A stretch of DNA of 64,000 nt from Nitrosopumilus sp. (lineage in GTDB: Archaea > Thermoproteota > Nitrososphaeria > Nitrososphaerales > Nitrosopumilaceae), in NCBI GenBank assembly GCA_965219345.1, contig OZ244732.1, positions 1,807,225 through 1,871,224 on the forward strand. Direction: 5' to 3'. The translations under genes were made by a program, and so were the position numbers. Shown here in pieces: positions 27,208-37,739 of this stretch (the stretch's first letter is position 1; each line of letters starts with the position of its first letter). A model generated the notes under the pieces. That model was given only the letters and a program-made list of their open reading frames with translations. It was not told the DNA's origin and searched no databases.

Positions 27208-29664
27208 ATGAAAAAATTGCTAGTTCTCATACTAGCTCTTTCAATTGTAACTATAATGTATAATGAGTCATTTGCAGAAAAAAGCACATTTTTTGATTCA
27301 GTGAAATTCATTCAGTATCTAGATGAAAATACAGCATTAGAAGAAGTACGAAATGGAAATCTAGATGTTTACTATTACACAATTTCATCAGACAGATTAG
27401 AAAATTATAAGGCAAGAGAGGGGTTACAGGTTTTTGATTCTACAGGAGGGTCATATAGTATTCTAGTTAATCCTGCAGAATCTGAAGAATTCAATCCATT
27501 TTCAAGCAGAGATATCAGATTTGCTCTAAATTATTTGATAGATAGAAAGTTAATTGTAAATGAGTTGATGGGCGGATACGGATCTCCAATCATTTCTTAC
27601 TATAGCCCATCAGACCCAGAATATCTTACAGTTATCGAACAGCTAGAGGCATTTAATTTCAAATATAATCCTGTCCTTGCAGAAGAAATCATCTCCAGAG
27701 TACTAAAAGAAAAAGGAGCTGTCAAAATTGATGATAAATGGCATATTGATGCAAGCCCAATAGAAATTACAATTTTCATTAGAAGTGATGATACTGTTAG
27801 AAAATCAATAGGTGAGATTTTGGCAGCTGAATTACAAAAAATTGGATTTACAATCAAGAAGGATTTTGGAGATCTTAACAAAGCATTTGTTGTCGTATAT
27901 GGTTCAAATCCTTCTGATTTGAAGTGGAGTTTATACACTGAAGGTTGGGGACGTTCTGCATTTGTAAGATATGATTCTGTAGGACTAGGACAAATGTATT
28001 CTCCATGGTTTTCAACCATGCCAGGATTTAATGATCCATCATACTGGAATTACAAAAATGATAGAATAGATGCACTAACTCAGAAAATATACACGGGAGG
28101 TTTTGAGTCATCAGAAAAAAGATCACAGTTAATTCAAGAGGCAGTTGTTGAAGGAGTCAATGAATCTGTTAGAATTTTTTTGGCAAGTAAAATTGATCAA
28201 TATGTCGCAAATGAAAAAGTTGAGGGGATAGTTAATGACTTTGGCGCAGGAGTTCCAAGTAGATTTACTCCCATTAATGCTCAAAGTAATAACGATGAGT
28301 TTGTAATCGGCGTAAAGCAAATCTATCAAGGCGCATGGAATCCAGTCATGGGGCTGACCGATAGTTATAGTAGACATATTTGGGGAATAATTTCAGATCC
28401 TGGAACATTCAAGCATCCTTTTACAGGAGAAACATTCCCTATTAGAGCAGAATGGCAAGTTGAAACTGCAGGACCAGATGAGAAACTAACTGTTCCTCCA
28501 GAGGCAATAATTTGGAATCCTTATTTTCAAAAATGGGACAGTATTACTGCAGGTACACTTGCAACAAGTAAAGTAACATTTGATTTTAAATTCAGTAACT
28601 GGCATAATGGACAAAAGATGGATATCAATGATATTCTACATTCACTATATTTCACAATAGAATGGGGAACTCAAACTGATGAGAATGATAGAACTTTTGA
28701 CACAGAATTTACTCCAAGAACTTCGCAAATCATTCAAGCAATCATTGGAGTGAATCCAATTGATGATGATACAATTGAAGTTTACGTGGATTATTGGCAT
28801 TTTGATGAGGGGGAAATAGCGGATTGGGCAGTACTGTGGAATTCAATGCCATGGGAAATTTCATCTGCGATGGAGAAAGCAGTCACAGATGGAAAAGTGT
28901 CATTTTCGAGATCTGGTGCTACAAGTAAAAATGTAAACTGGTTATCACTGATTATTCCAACAGATGCAAATCTTATCAAAGAGTATTTGCAAGAATTCAA
29001 AGATTCCAACTACATTCCCGAATCATTAAAAGAAAATTATCAGAATTCTCAATACTTTCAAAACAGATATGATTCTTCAATAAAATGGATTGAAGCGAAC
29101 AATCATGCAGTGATTAGTAATGGTCCATTTTATCTAAAATCATATTCACCAGAATCACGAACAATTTCAGTCAGTGCATTCAATGATGATTCATACCCAT
29201 TTAAGATTGGAGAATGGGCAGAATTTGAAAAAGCTGAGTTCCCAACCATCAAGAACATAGAAATGAAAAATATCATTCAAAGGGGAGAAGAATTGGAAAT
29301 TGGAGTAGAAGCTGAACACTCAGATTCAATTCTATACTTTTTGATTAATAGTGAAGGAAGGGTGATATCATCAGAGACGCTCAAAATTGATGCAAATAGT
29401 AATACCATTACTGTGCCATCAGAGAATACGAAAGATTTCGGAATAGGGGCAAACAATGTCAAGATATTTGCAATTTCAAATTCTGTGCTAAAACCAGATT
29501 TTTATGAATCAAGTTTTCTTGTGACAGATGCCAAAGCAGAATTACCAACTAGTTTGTCTACCAACATAGAATTTACTGAAGACAAATCAGAGTATTGGAT
29601 TTGGATAATACTAATACCGTTCTTGATTGGTATAGGGATTTATCTTAAGAAGAGACATCTATAG
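27208..29664 (+). CDS. ABC transporter substrate-binding protein (family 5, peptide/nickel)
   Basis: Signal peptide, NPFSSRDIRFALNYLIDR, WHNG, SNGPFYL, C-terminal TM. Confidence 0.88.
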   Translation: MKKLLVLILALSIVTIMYNESFAEKSTFFDSVKFIQYLDENTALEEVRNGNLDVYYYTISSDRLENYKAREGLQVFDSTGGSYSILVNPAESEEFNPFSSRDIRFALNYLIDRKLIVNELMGGYGSPIISYYSPSDPEYLTVIEQLEAFNFKYNPVLAEEIISRVLKEKGAVKIDDKWHIDASPIEITIFIRSDDTVRKSIGEILAAELQKIGFTIKKDFGDLNKAFVVVYGSNPSDLKWSLYTEGWGRSAFVRYDSVGLGQMYSPWFSTMPGFNDPSYWNYKNDRIDALTQKIYTGGFESSEKRSQLIQEAVVEGVNESVRIFLASKIDQYVANEKVEGIVNDFGAGVPSRFTPINAQSNNDEFVIGVKQIYQGAWNPVMGLTDSYSRHIWGIISDPGTFKHPFTGETFPIRAEWQVETAGPDEKLTVPPEAIIWNPYFQKWDSITAGTLATSKVTFDFKFSNWHNGQKMDINDILHSLYFTIEWGTQTDENDRTFDTEFTPRTSQIIQAIIGVNPIDDDTIEVYVDYWHFDEGEIADWAVLWNSMPWEISSAMEKAVTDGKVSFSRSGATSKNVNWLSLIIPTDANLIKEYLQEFKDSNYIPESLKENYQNSQYFQNRYDSSIKWIEANNHAVISNGPFYLKSYSPESRTISVSAFNDDSYPFKIGEWAEFEKAEFPTIKNIEMKNIIQRGEELEIGVEAEHSDSILYFLINSEGRVISSETLKIDANSNTITVPSENTKDFGIGANNVKIFAISNSVLKPDFYESSFLVTDAKAELPTSLSTNIEFTEDKSEYWIWIILIPFLIGIGIYLKKRHL

Positions 29665-30159
29665 TAATCCAAAATCTTTTAAAATTGATTCTATTTGATC
29701 TTCACTTTCAAGTTTTGAATATTCATCCAAGAGATTTTGATTAAGTTCGTAGAAAGTATGTCCCCATTTGAATTTATCAAGTAATTCTAGACCTTGTTCT
29801 TTGAAACCTAAAATAAATAATGAAGCAGATAATGCTTCTGCAGTTGTCAGTTTGTTAGGTTTTGTATAATTCACAGGATTTCCTGCAAGTAATGGTGGAA
29901 GTTTTCGTTTAATGCCATTAAATTTTTTAGAAAATATTTGATCTGTCCGATTCCAGGAGCAATCAATTCCAACAATAGAGTTAATTAAAAATTTATCTTT
30001 AGGCAGCAGGATCTTTTCAGAAAAAGGATCTAAAACTAATCCTTTTTTACCAATCTTTTTGATGTTTTGAGCAAGGCCAAATTTCACCATCTTTGCGGCT
30101 GTACACTTTTTTGGATCATCTTGAAAAAACATTAAAACTTGTAACTTCATGTCACTCAA
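29659..30159 (-). CDS. tsr3: 16S rRNA aminocarboxypropyltransferase (DUF367)
   Basis: QDDPKKCT, DCSW, LPPLLAGNPVNY, FKWGHTF. Confidence 0.9.
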   Translation of the reverse strand: MSDMKLQVLMFFQDDPKKCTAAKMVKFGLAQNIKKIGKKGLVLDPFSEKILLPKDKFLINSIVGIDCSWNRTDQIFSKKFNGIKRKLPPLLAGNPVNYTKPNKLTTAEALSASLFILGFKEQGLELLDKFKWGHTFYELNQNLLDEYSKLESEDQIESILKDFGLL

Positions 30160-30184
30160 GTATGAAATGAATGATATTTTGAAT

Positions 30185-33100
30185 TTACTCTAGAGTTTTG
30201 TATGTGACTTTATAATAGAATCGTGAAACTTGATCATCCTTGATGACTTCAATGTTCCAATTTGCGTCAGGCAAAAATTCTGTGGAGGATTCAGGTAGAA
30301 TGCTGAATTTTTCTAGGCGTACATCTGGACCGCTATATCTAACATTAAGGCTAATTCCATCAACTTCAACAACATCATAGATTTGGCCTTGTTTTCTTGT
30401 AGATTCTTTAACTAAACAATCAACATCAGGGCCAATAATACATGTACCAGTTGCAGATGATATCTTAAGATTAACATTTGATTCATCTGTCCTTGAAGTT
30501 GTCAACAAAGAACCAGAAAGAACTCTAGGGGCAATACTTGAATTATCAGCAATTTTTTCCTCAGCGAATATAGAAATTATTTTTTCAGAGATTCGGTTTT
30601 CTTTTTCAATCACAGTATTCAATTTTAGAGTTTGAGGTTTTTCAATTACATCAAATTGGATTCGCTTTATCTCAAATCCAGCATCAACGGTTACTTCATA
30701 CGACCCAACAGCAGATACAGAATTAGGAATTACAAATTCATGAGTAAATGAAACAGAAGGACTTGGAAGGATTGAAGTTACAGGACCAGCATGTATTCCA
30801 CAGCTATAATTAGTACATGTAATCTCAGTGTCTGCTTTTTGAATAATACTTACGTCAAATTTTTCAAGATAGGTTGGGTTGTTTGGGATTCCACTAATTA
30901 TTACTGTGTCACCAGTATGATATTCTGATTTATCCGTAAAAACTAAAAGAGTCAATGGATCATCAGGATTAAAAACAAGATCATTAGCTACACCAAATGT
31001 TGCTTCAGCACTAGTAGTGGTGTAAAGTGCTTTTACAGTATAGGTTCCTTCAGTAAAAATTGTAAGAGGTAATTCAAAGATACTTGAGAACTCACCACCA
31101 TGGTTTGGATAAACAGAAGATTCATGAATTTGGGCATATGGGAAAGTACCATCAAGCACTCTGATATGTACTCTTTCTGGAACAACCAATCCTTGATCAC
31201 CTTGTTCACGTTGGATAAGATTTCCAATTACTTTTAATTTTTCACCAGCCTTGTACAATGGCTTTTCTGTAGTTACAATGAGAGGTGTTTTTGAAAGGGA
31301 GTCATTTTCAGGATCTAAAGAAACTTTGAAGAGAAGATCCATATCAAGGGAGTCAGCTGTAATCTTAATTTTGTAAATTCCAAAGTTTGATTTTGTTACA
31401 TCTCTTCCATCATCAGTTTTAATGATTTTTTCAATTAAAGGAGTAGTCCAGGACCATGAGATACGTTGGTCATCAATAATAGTGCCAGAATGTATCATAG
31501 TTCCATCAGACTTTGTCAACAAAATATCAAGATGTCTCGCACCAGTAGAAGGAAGTAATCCAGTTAGAAGTACAGTTTCACCAGGACCGTACACTTCCTT
31601 ATCAAGTGAAACATACTCATTCAAATCAGGATCAAAGACTGTAAAAGTTTTTGTTGCAGTCTCATCCAAATATTGGGCCTTTACAACATAGTTTCCATCG
31701 GCAAAGATATTTTTAGCAACATCGATTTGAACTGAATATTTTCCTGAAGTTTCAGGAATTGCTGTATAGCCAAGGGCAACATCAAAGCTGCCAGTTGATA
31801 ACGATTGTTCTTTTGACCAGCCGGAAATTTCTAGAGGGGCACCATCTTCATGATTAATGGAAAGTTTTACAAAAGCTCCAGTTTCATAATTTGTATTTGA
31901 AAATGGATCTTTGATAAATCCACTAATGGCCATTACATCATCAATTTCATAAATTTCTTTATCAGAAAGGATTGTCAATGGTTCATCAGAAGCAACAAAT
32001 TCATCAGGGTTAGTAACTACATGAATAATTTTAGTTGCAGAACCAACATTCTTTGAGACACTAATTTTGTAATCACCTAATCTAATCTCATCGTTTGGAA
32101 GTGTGAAAGAGTAACTAAAAGAGCTATCCCCCATAACTGTTAATTCTGCTTGTATTTTAAATCCAGATGCACTTCCAGAAGATGAAGTTACAACTGCAGA
32201 TTGTTTCGTATCTATAATCTCCAAGTTTAATGAATTAACCCAAACTTGGTTAACTCTACCAGTAATTTTTACTTCTTCGCCTAGACCATAAGCCTCTTTA
32301 TCAGTCCAAAGTGAAATTGGTACGGATTCTTTAAAGTCCTCGACTACGTCGAAAGTTGTTAAAGCAGCTTTATCAAAATATTCAGCAACAATCTCATAAG
32401 TTCCATAGTTAGGTTTTACAGTTGTAAGGAAAACACTAGTTGTAAATTCGCCGTTAGTTGGAAAGAGAGTTCCGGTATAGATTATTTGGTTCTGGGAATC
32501 TTTGACAGAAAATTTCATTCCCTGAAATGGAATTATTTCTGTGGCAACACCAGTTATCGAAACTTGTTGTCCTGGAAGGTATTGAGTTTCATCAGTGGCG
32601 ATACTAAATGAACCAGCTTCTTTTGTTTCTTGTTCAACTATTTCAGTACCTACTGAGAAATTTGTGTTTGTTGTAGATCCAGCATAGTTAACAGATACAT
32701 CAAAAGTTCCTTCTTCGATTCCAAGAACTTGATGTAAACTAACTGTTGTCTCATAATTTAGATTTAGATCAGGATACAGAGATACGATGTCGTAAAAGTT
32801 ACCGCCAGAGATAGTAACTGTAATTGGTTCAGGTTTAAACTCTGGTTTTACAGGAGTAGATACTTCTGAAACACTTCCTGCAATAATTGCTACATCACCA
32901 AATAGATAAGAAGATTTGTCTGATGAAACTGTTACAGTAATTTCTTTGGATTCTTGCATTTCGATTAGTTTTCCATTTGATAGCCCCGCCGTAGATTGCG
33001 CAAATTTCCAATCATCAGAACTATCCGAGTCATAACCATCATAGATTCTCTGCCATGATGTAATGTCACTTTGAATATCAGAAATTAAAGGAGTTTTATC

Positions 33101-33454
33101 AATAACAATTCCATTTTCATCTCTGAGTTCAACAGATTCACCATTATCTGTAAACCAAACTTTTGCATAAGGATATGTTAAGAATTCTCCTGACTTAATT
33201 ATTGTACCAGAAGAGATGGTCATTGTTTTTTTAAGAACAGTTGTAGATGCAATTTCCCAACCACCTAAATCAATATCAGAATCAGTAGGATTGTAAAGTT
33301 CAACCCATTCAGATATAGTTGCCGCATCATTTCCAAGGGGGTTAGTGTCTACCTCATTAATTACAACATTTTCAGGATTTGCCTGAGCGTATGCAGGAAC
33401 TATAACTCCTACAAGTAAGAACATAGAAAATACAATTGACAGGTTCCGATTCAT
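30185..33454 (-). CDS. secreted lamin-tail-domain protein with repeated Ig-like modules
   Basis: VVINEV..EWVELYNPT..IDLGGW; repeated TDKxxYxxG(E/D)xVxI(S/T)G. Confidence 0.85.
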   Translation of the reverse strand: MNRNLSIVFSMFLLVGVIVPAYAQANPENVVINEVDTNPLGNDAATISEWVELYNPTDSDIDLGGWEIASTTVLKKTMTISSGTIIKSGEFLTYPYAKVWFTDNGESVELRDENGIVIDKTPLISDIQSDITSWQRIYDGYDSDSSDDWKFAQSTAGLSNGKLIEMQESKEITVTVSSDKSSYLFGDVAIIAGSVSEVSTPVKPEFKPEPITVTISGGNFYDIVSLYPDLNLNYETTVSLHQVLGIEEGTFDVSVNYAGSTTNTNFSVGTEIVEQETKEAGSFSIATDETQYLPGQQVSITGVATEIIPFQGMKFSVKDSQNQIIYTGTLFPTNGEFTTSVFLTTVKPNYGTYEIVAEYFDKAALTTFDVVEDFKESVPISLWTDKEAYGLGEEVKITGRVNQVWVNSLNLEIIDTKQSAVVTSSSGSASGFKIQAELTVMGDSSFSYSFTLPNDEIRLGDYKISVSKNVGSATKIIHVVTNPDEFVASDEPLTILSDKEIYEIDDVMAISGFIKDPFSNTNYETGAFVKLSINHEDGAPLEISGWSKEQSLSTGSFDVALGYTAIPETSGKYSVQIDVAKNIFADGNYVVKAQYLDETATKTFTVFDPDLNEYVSLDKEVYGPGETVLLTGLLPSTGARHLDILLTKSDGTMIHSGTIIDDQRISWSWTTPLIEKIIKTDDGRDVTKSNFGIYKIKITADSLDMDLLFKVSLDPENDSLSKTPLIVTTEKPLYKAGEKLKVIGNLIQREQGDQGLVVPERVHIRVLDGTFPYAQIHESSVYPNHGGEFSSIFELPLTIFTEGTYTVKALYTTTSAEATFGVANDLVFNPDDPLTLLVFTDKSEYHTGDTVIISGIPNNPTYLEKFDVSIIQKADTEITCTNYSCGIHAGPVTSILPSPSVSFTHEFVIPNSVSAVGSYEVTVDAGFEIKRIQFDVIEKPQTLKLNTVIEKENRISEKIISIFAEEKIADNSSIAPRVLSGSLLTTSRTDESNVNLKISSATGTCIIGPDVDCLVKESTRKQGQIYDVVEVDGISLNVRYSGPDVRLEKFSILPESSTEFLPDANWNIEVIKDDQVSRFYYKVTYKTLE

Positions 33455-33860
33455 TACTGTTTCCTGATTTGTTTGGCTAAAGGACTCATTTTAGAATGAA
33501 ATTGAGGAAAAGTTGAGCTTATTGTTAAAGTTGACCTCAAAAATCTAACTTTATGGGCATTTTTTATGCGTAAAATAGGTGTTTTTTGCCTTATATGAGA
33601 TCCGTAGGAATAATTCTTGAATATTCAAGTTTTTAATTCTTTTTTTGATTTCATTCATTTCTATAAATGTAGATTCTATTCTTTTTTCAATGTCCTCAAA
33701 ATCTTTTTTGTTAATTTGTTTTTTCAATTATAACTTGCCGAACTGTGGGAATCACATCACATAAAAATCACATGTGTTGTTGGAACAGGTTTTTAGATAT
33801 ATCCTATTTAATTATAGTCTCTATATCCTATTTTTCTCTTCCAAAGGAAGAAAATAAATC

Positions 33861-34085
33861 TTAGATATTTTTAATTTTTTCCAAAACGACGTTAAAATCA
33901 AAGGGTTTTGGAATAAAAGTAGAAGCACCAGCTGCAAGGCAATCATCAACCATCTTCTTGCTGTCAGCTGCACTCAACATGATTATCTTGGCATTTGGAT
34001 CGGTTTCTTTGATTTCTTTGAGAGCTGTCAAACCATCTTTCTTTGGCATTGTCAAATCTAGTAACAAAACGTCAGGCTTGAGGGA
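33861..34085 (-). pseudogene. 5'-truncated CheY-like response regulator
   Basis: KPDVLLLDLTMPKKDG...IIMLSA...FIPKPF; upstream residues are not receiver-like. Confidence 0.75.
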
Positions 34086-34241
34086 AGTAGACTTTATGCG
34101 TAATCGCACTTCCAAATTTTTCGAAAGATTTAGATCCGCCTTGATCGCCGCCACATGCAATGGAGTCCCCCGAACAGAGCCTCCACGCATTCTGCACGAA
34201 CAATTACGTGCTGGAAAATATGGTGAAACAAAAAAAATCAT

Positions 34242-35285
34242 TGTAGTATATGAAAAGTCGGTCCGCTAGTCATCTGTGTCCCTCTCCATCCATTGCGGGT
34301 CGCTTTTCCTGATCGTATCGGTAGCCGTCTTGTCCGAGAACGCCATAAGTGGCGTCTGGTAGTTGTCTATGTCAAGGGAGAAGTGCAGCCTCTCCCCGTT
34401 GTAGTATTCCATGTACGCAGACAGGCTCTCGTAGTGCCACAGCTCGTCCTCGACTGTCCTGTGGAACCGCTCCAGTTTCCCGTTGGTCTGCGGGTGGTGC
34501 GGCCTGGAGTTTATCAGCTCGATTCCGCGGTCCAACAGCTCTGCCTCAAAGGCAGTCGGCTTCCACGATTTCGCGGGCGGCACCTTGCGGCGGCCTCCCC
34601 GGCCCACAAAGCACGAGCCATTGTCAGAGAGTATGGTCGCAGGCGTGCCAAAGCACCCTATTGCCTTCCTGAGAACAGCCACGGCGTTCTCAGACGTGGC
34701 CTGTGTGAATACCTGCGAGGCCACTATGCACCTTGAGGCGTCGTCCAGGTATGTGACCAGCTGCAGGCCCCTGAACCTGGGCTCCTTCATCTCGTGCCAG
34801 TCGACGTGCCACATGGCGTTGGAATACCTGCGCTCATAGCGTACCCATTTCCGCTTCCTGGATTTTGCAGCAGAGTGCACCACTGAACCGTTCTTGCTCA
34901 ATATCCGGTATACTGTCTGGTAGCTTATATCATGGCTCTTCCTGAGGCTCCTAGCCGTGCGCACCACCCCGACTGGCCTTCTCCCGTGCTCCTCCGTCAC
35001 CAGCCGCATCTGGGCCGCAGTCGCAAAGGCGCGGGGCCTGCCCATCCTTGCGCGCGTGGTTCCGGTCCCGAGGAACCTTGCCCACAGCCTCCTCACGTGC
35101 CTTGCAGTGATGCCGAGGTCAGCTGCCACCTTGGACGGTGCCGCCCCGTTTTTGCGCTGCCTTACTAGGTAGCGCCTGGATTCATCCGTAAGTCTCTTTA
35201 CCATGGGCTTTCGTGATCGGTACAGCCTAAAATAGTCAGATACCGTCCTCTTGATCCTGCGCGGACCTACTTTCCGTACAATTGA
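34242..35285 (-). mobile_element. IS481-family insertion sequence
   Basis: Imperfect 24-bp IRs (..AAAGTCGGTCCG / ..AAAGTAGGTCCG); flanking 16-bp direct repeat AAACAAAAAAAATCAT. Confidence 0.85.
34266..35204 (-). CDS. IS481-family DDE transposase, apparently intact
   Basis: HTH, WHVDW, LDDASR, SDNGS, PQTNGKLERFHRT, YYNGERLH. Confidence 0.92.
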   Translation of the reverse strand: MVKRLTDESRRYLVRQRKNGAAPSKVAADLGITARHVRRLWARFLGTGTTRARMGRPRAFATAAQMRLVTEEHGRRPVGVVRTARSLRKSHDISYQTVYRILSKNGSVVHSAAKSRKRKWVRYERRYSNAMWHVDWHEMKEPRFRGLQLVTYLDDASRCIVASQVFTQATSENAVAVLRKAIGCFGTPATILSDNGSCFVGRGGRRKVPPAKSWKPTAFEAELLDRGIELINSRPHHPQTNGKLERFHRTVEDELWHYESLSAYMEYYNGERLHFSLDIDNYQTPLMAFSDKTATDTIRKSDPQWMERDTDD

Positions 35286-35418
35286 AAACAAAAAAAATCA
35301 TCGAAAAAATATTGTATTTGATAAAATGATCCTAATTCACAGGTAAATGCGTCCAATAGTATGGGATGTCACTATTACCAATTTTGGTCTGACCTGATAT
35401 CAAGAAGACATGAACAGT

Positions 35419-35525
35419 GCCAGGAGGATAATGCGAAGGCTGGGCACGTCTGCCAAGACGGGTCCACATAAACAGGGCCAGGGCGGACCAAATCAGAAAG
35501 TGGCAGCGCAACGCAAAGAGGCGCA
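35419..35525 (+). pseudogene. IS630 transposase fragment
   Basis: Closely similar to 39815-39926 in the same orientation. Confidence 0.75.
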
Positions 35526-35545
35526 ATCTCAATCCTAACACGGGG

Positions 35546-36772
35546 TTAGAATGAACTGTTGATAGTCTCATTCCACAATGAAAATCGTTCATAAAGGTTA
35601 AGATAAGCTCGAGTTTGATCTTTTTGAGTAGCGTCTTGATTCGCAGCCATTAATTTCTTAAGAAATCGTGCGGTTCCATGTAAATTTATTTCTTCGACTT
35701 CCTCAATCCTGTTCAAAAGAAAATGCTTGCCTGTTAATTCCAGTTTTCCATCCGTATTATTTTCATCCCTTAAAATATCACAGTACTGGCAGGTACATCG
35801 TTCTAATTCTAACTCATTCTCAATTTCATCCATTCGTGTAAATGGTACCTTTGAGTACAGATGTGTCTGGTAGAATCTAATGATAGATCCGCCACCTCCA
35901 ATAGCAAACGGATTTTTGTGTTCTCCGTAACAAATTGAATGTGAGGTCCCAGCCATGCCTTTGTCTTCAAGTAACAGTGAAAACAAACCGCCATACATGT
36001 TGTAAATTGGTTTTTTATGATCTGCTAACTTTCCAATAAACTCTTGAAAATAGGACAGATCTTGCAGTTTGGCCGAGTTCTCATCCATATCTGCACACCA
36101 TACCATGTATCCGTCCACACCATCAATATCATATTCTGCCACCATCTCGTCAATATCTTTTGCGTGTGGAAGCATCTCTCTGTCCATCATTATCGCCGCA
36201 AAAATCTTTTCGTTCGAATTCTTGTTTTCTACTGCTAACTTGACTGAGTTAATGTTAACCGGACGCCAGTCTCTGCGGCTTGCATTTACGAAAAAATACG
36301 GTGGAATAATCCATTTCGGTTTCAAATCTAAAGTATTCCGGCCTTGTTCCTCGTCAAACTCCTCAAATTCATTAATTTCATCATAAGTTTCTCGAATTCT
36401 TGTTCTTTGATAATTTGTGACGTTTTCAACGAGCTCTTTTAGATTGTTTGTTGACTGTATGTTCTCATCAACAAGTAAATTTGGCAACAGCTCAAAATCA
36501 TTAGGATCATTCATCATACCATCCAAACCATAGATCCCCATAAGCTTGGAAAACCATCGTTTTTCAACAATATGTTCAACATTTAGACCAAATACATATG
36601 TATGAGGATCAATGACATAGGGTCTTTCTAGTTTCGCAAGCATTGATGTGGTTCTTTTTGTCAGGCCTTCCAAGACATTGGCTGGTACTATAACATCATA
36701 ATTCCCTAAATCGCTATCTTCCAACCATGTCATCTCTCTGCCGATGTTGACACGTATCATCAGTTCGGTCAA
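35546..36772 (-). CDS. uncharacterised TIM-barrel-like protein with TGT-type CxCxxC...H zinc motif (beta-protein/sce7725-like)
   Basis: VIDPHTY, IIPPYF, YGGLF, SHSICYGE, CTCQYC...GKHF; AGGAGGT upstream of TTG at 36772. Confidence 0.6.
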   Translation of the reverse strand: MTELMIRVNIGREMTWLEDSDLGNYDVIVPANVLEGLTKRTTSMLAKLERPYVIDPHTYVFGLNVEHIVEKRWFSKLMGIYGLDGMMNDPNDFELLPNLLVDENIQSTNNLKELVENVTNYQRTRIRETYDEINEFEEFDEEQGRNTLDLKPKWIIPPYFFVNASRRDWRPVNINSVKLAVENKNSNEKIFAAIMMDREMLPHAKDIDEMVAEYDIDGVDGYMVWCADMDENSAKLQDLSYFQEFIGKLADHKKPIYNMYGGLFSLLLEDKGMAGTSHSICYGEHKNPFAIGGGGSIIRFYQTHLYSKVPFTRMDEIENELELERCTCQYCDILRDENNTDGKLELTGKHFLLNRIEEVEEINLHGTARFLKKLMAANQDATQKDQTRAYLNLYERFSLWNETINSSF

Positions 36773-37188
36773 GTAGTGATACCTCCTTTTGACTTGCATT
36801 TGTTTTTTGCATAAATCCTGCATCTAGGAATAACCTTCCTTGATCTCTTAGCCTTTGTTATTACTTCACATGAGCCGTTCACTTTCAGTATTCCTATACC
36901 TAAATTTTTAAAGATGTATGTGTCTACATTTGGAACTGTCTTGTGCCATAGTGCTACATATGAATAGTCAGATACATACAGGTTAGAATATGCCTGTTGT
37001 AGTGCTTTTCTCCAGTTGCTGACTTTTACCTCGATCGAAACCAGTTTCCTGTTTTGGAATGTAACCATGTCTATCTTTTTTCTGCTTGTGGCCCAATCAC
37101 CGATTGGGATTTCATAATAGAATGTTTTTTTGGCAAAAAGACCTGTATTCTCAATTGTAGGATACATATCTTTTTCTTTAACAGTCAT
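36769..37188 (-). CDS. small PD-(D/E)XK nuclease-fold protein (MmcB/sce7726-like)
   Basis: EKDM..YEIP..KIDMV..SIEVKVSNWRKALQQA...SDYSYVAL. Confidence 0.65.
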   Translation of the reverse strand: MTVKEKDMYPTIENTGLFAKKTFYYEIPIGDWATSRKKIDMVTFQNRKLVSIEVKVSNWRKALQQAYSNLYVSDYSYVALWHKTVPNVDTYIFKNLGIGILKVNGSCEVITKAKRSRKVIPRCRIYAKNKCKSKGGITT

Positions 37189-37739
37189 GACAGACCATCC
37201 TTGAGTTCTGCTATTTGTTCCCTAAATGAATCATTAATACAAACAAACTTTTTGAGAAAAAAGATGAGAAATACTCCCAATGTTGCACAAATACCCGAGC
37301 ATAAGACTGCCATATGCAGTATACTTACTCCAAACGTGTTGTAAGCTGAATTTATAAACAATTCATTTGTCGCAATATAGGCCATGATCACAGCTGCAAG
37401 GCAAGAAGATGTGAGCAGCGATAATTCCAACATCATGATGATGGATACACCCATTTCACTAACTTTGTTAAATTTGAATATATGTTTACGGTACTGGGAT
37501 AATTTTTGTATGACTTCTGGCGTGTTAAAAAATTCTCTGGGTTTGTATTTTCCTCTCTTACTGCCAAATATTTCTTCTAAGATAGGATCTAAGGTGTGTT
37601 GCTTCAAATATTCATATGCACTTGCAGTGTATGCATCAAGCTTGTCTTGTTTGCTATCCCGTATTCTAAACAAAGTAATTGCTAGTCCTGCAAATATTGA
37701 AAATAATGCTAGAAGAGGTATTATTTCATTTAAAAGCAT
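37185..37739 (-). CDS. membrane protein, 3 predicted TM segments
   Basis: Hydrophobic N-terminus and two C-terminal hydrophobic stretches. Confidence 0.7.
   Translation of the reverse strand: MLLNEIIPLLALFSIFAGLAITLFRIRDSKQDKLDAYTASAYEYLKQHTLDPILEEIFGSKRGKYKPREFFNTPEVIQKLSQYRKHIFKFNKVSEMGVSIIMMLELSLLTSSCLAAVIMAYIATNELFINSAYNTFGVSILHMAVLCSGICATLGVFLIFFLKKFVCINDSFREQIAELKDGLS

Noticed and set aside
33861-34241. 126-aa response regulator as an intact gene
   Set aside because: The N-terminal ~50 aa lack the receiver acidic pocket and start within the IS481 target repeat, so this is a chimeric pseudogene.
34293-35172. Several + strand ORFs inside IS481 (similar ones lie inside IS5, IS630 and the serpins)
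   Set aside because: These are shadow ORFs typical of GC-rich coding DNA.
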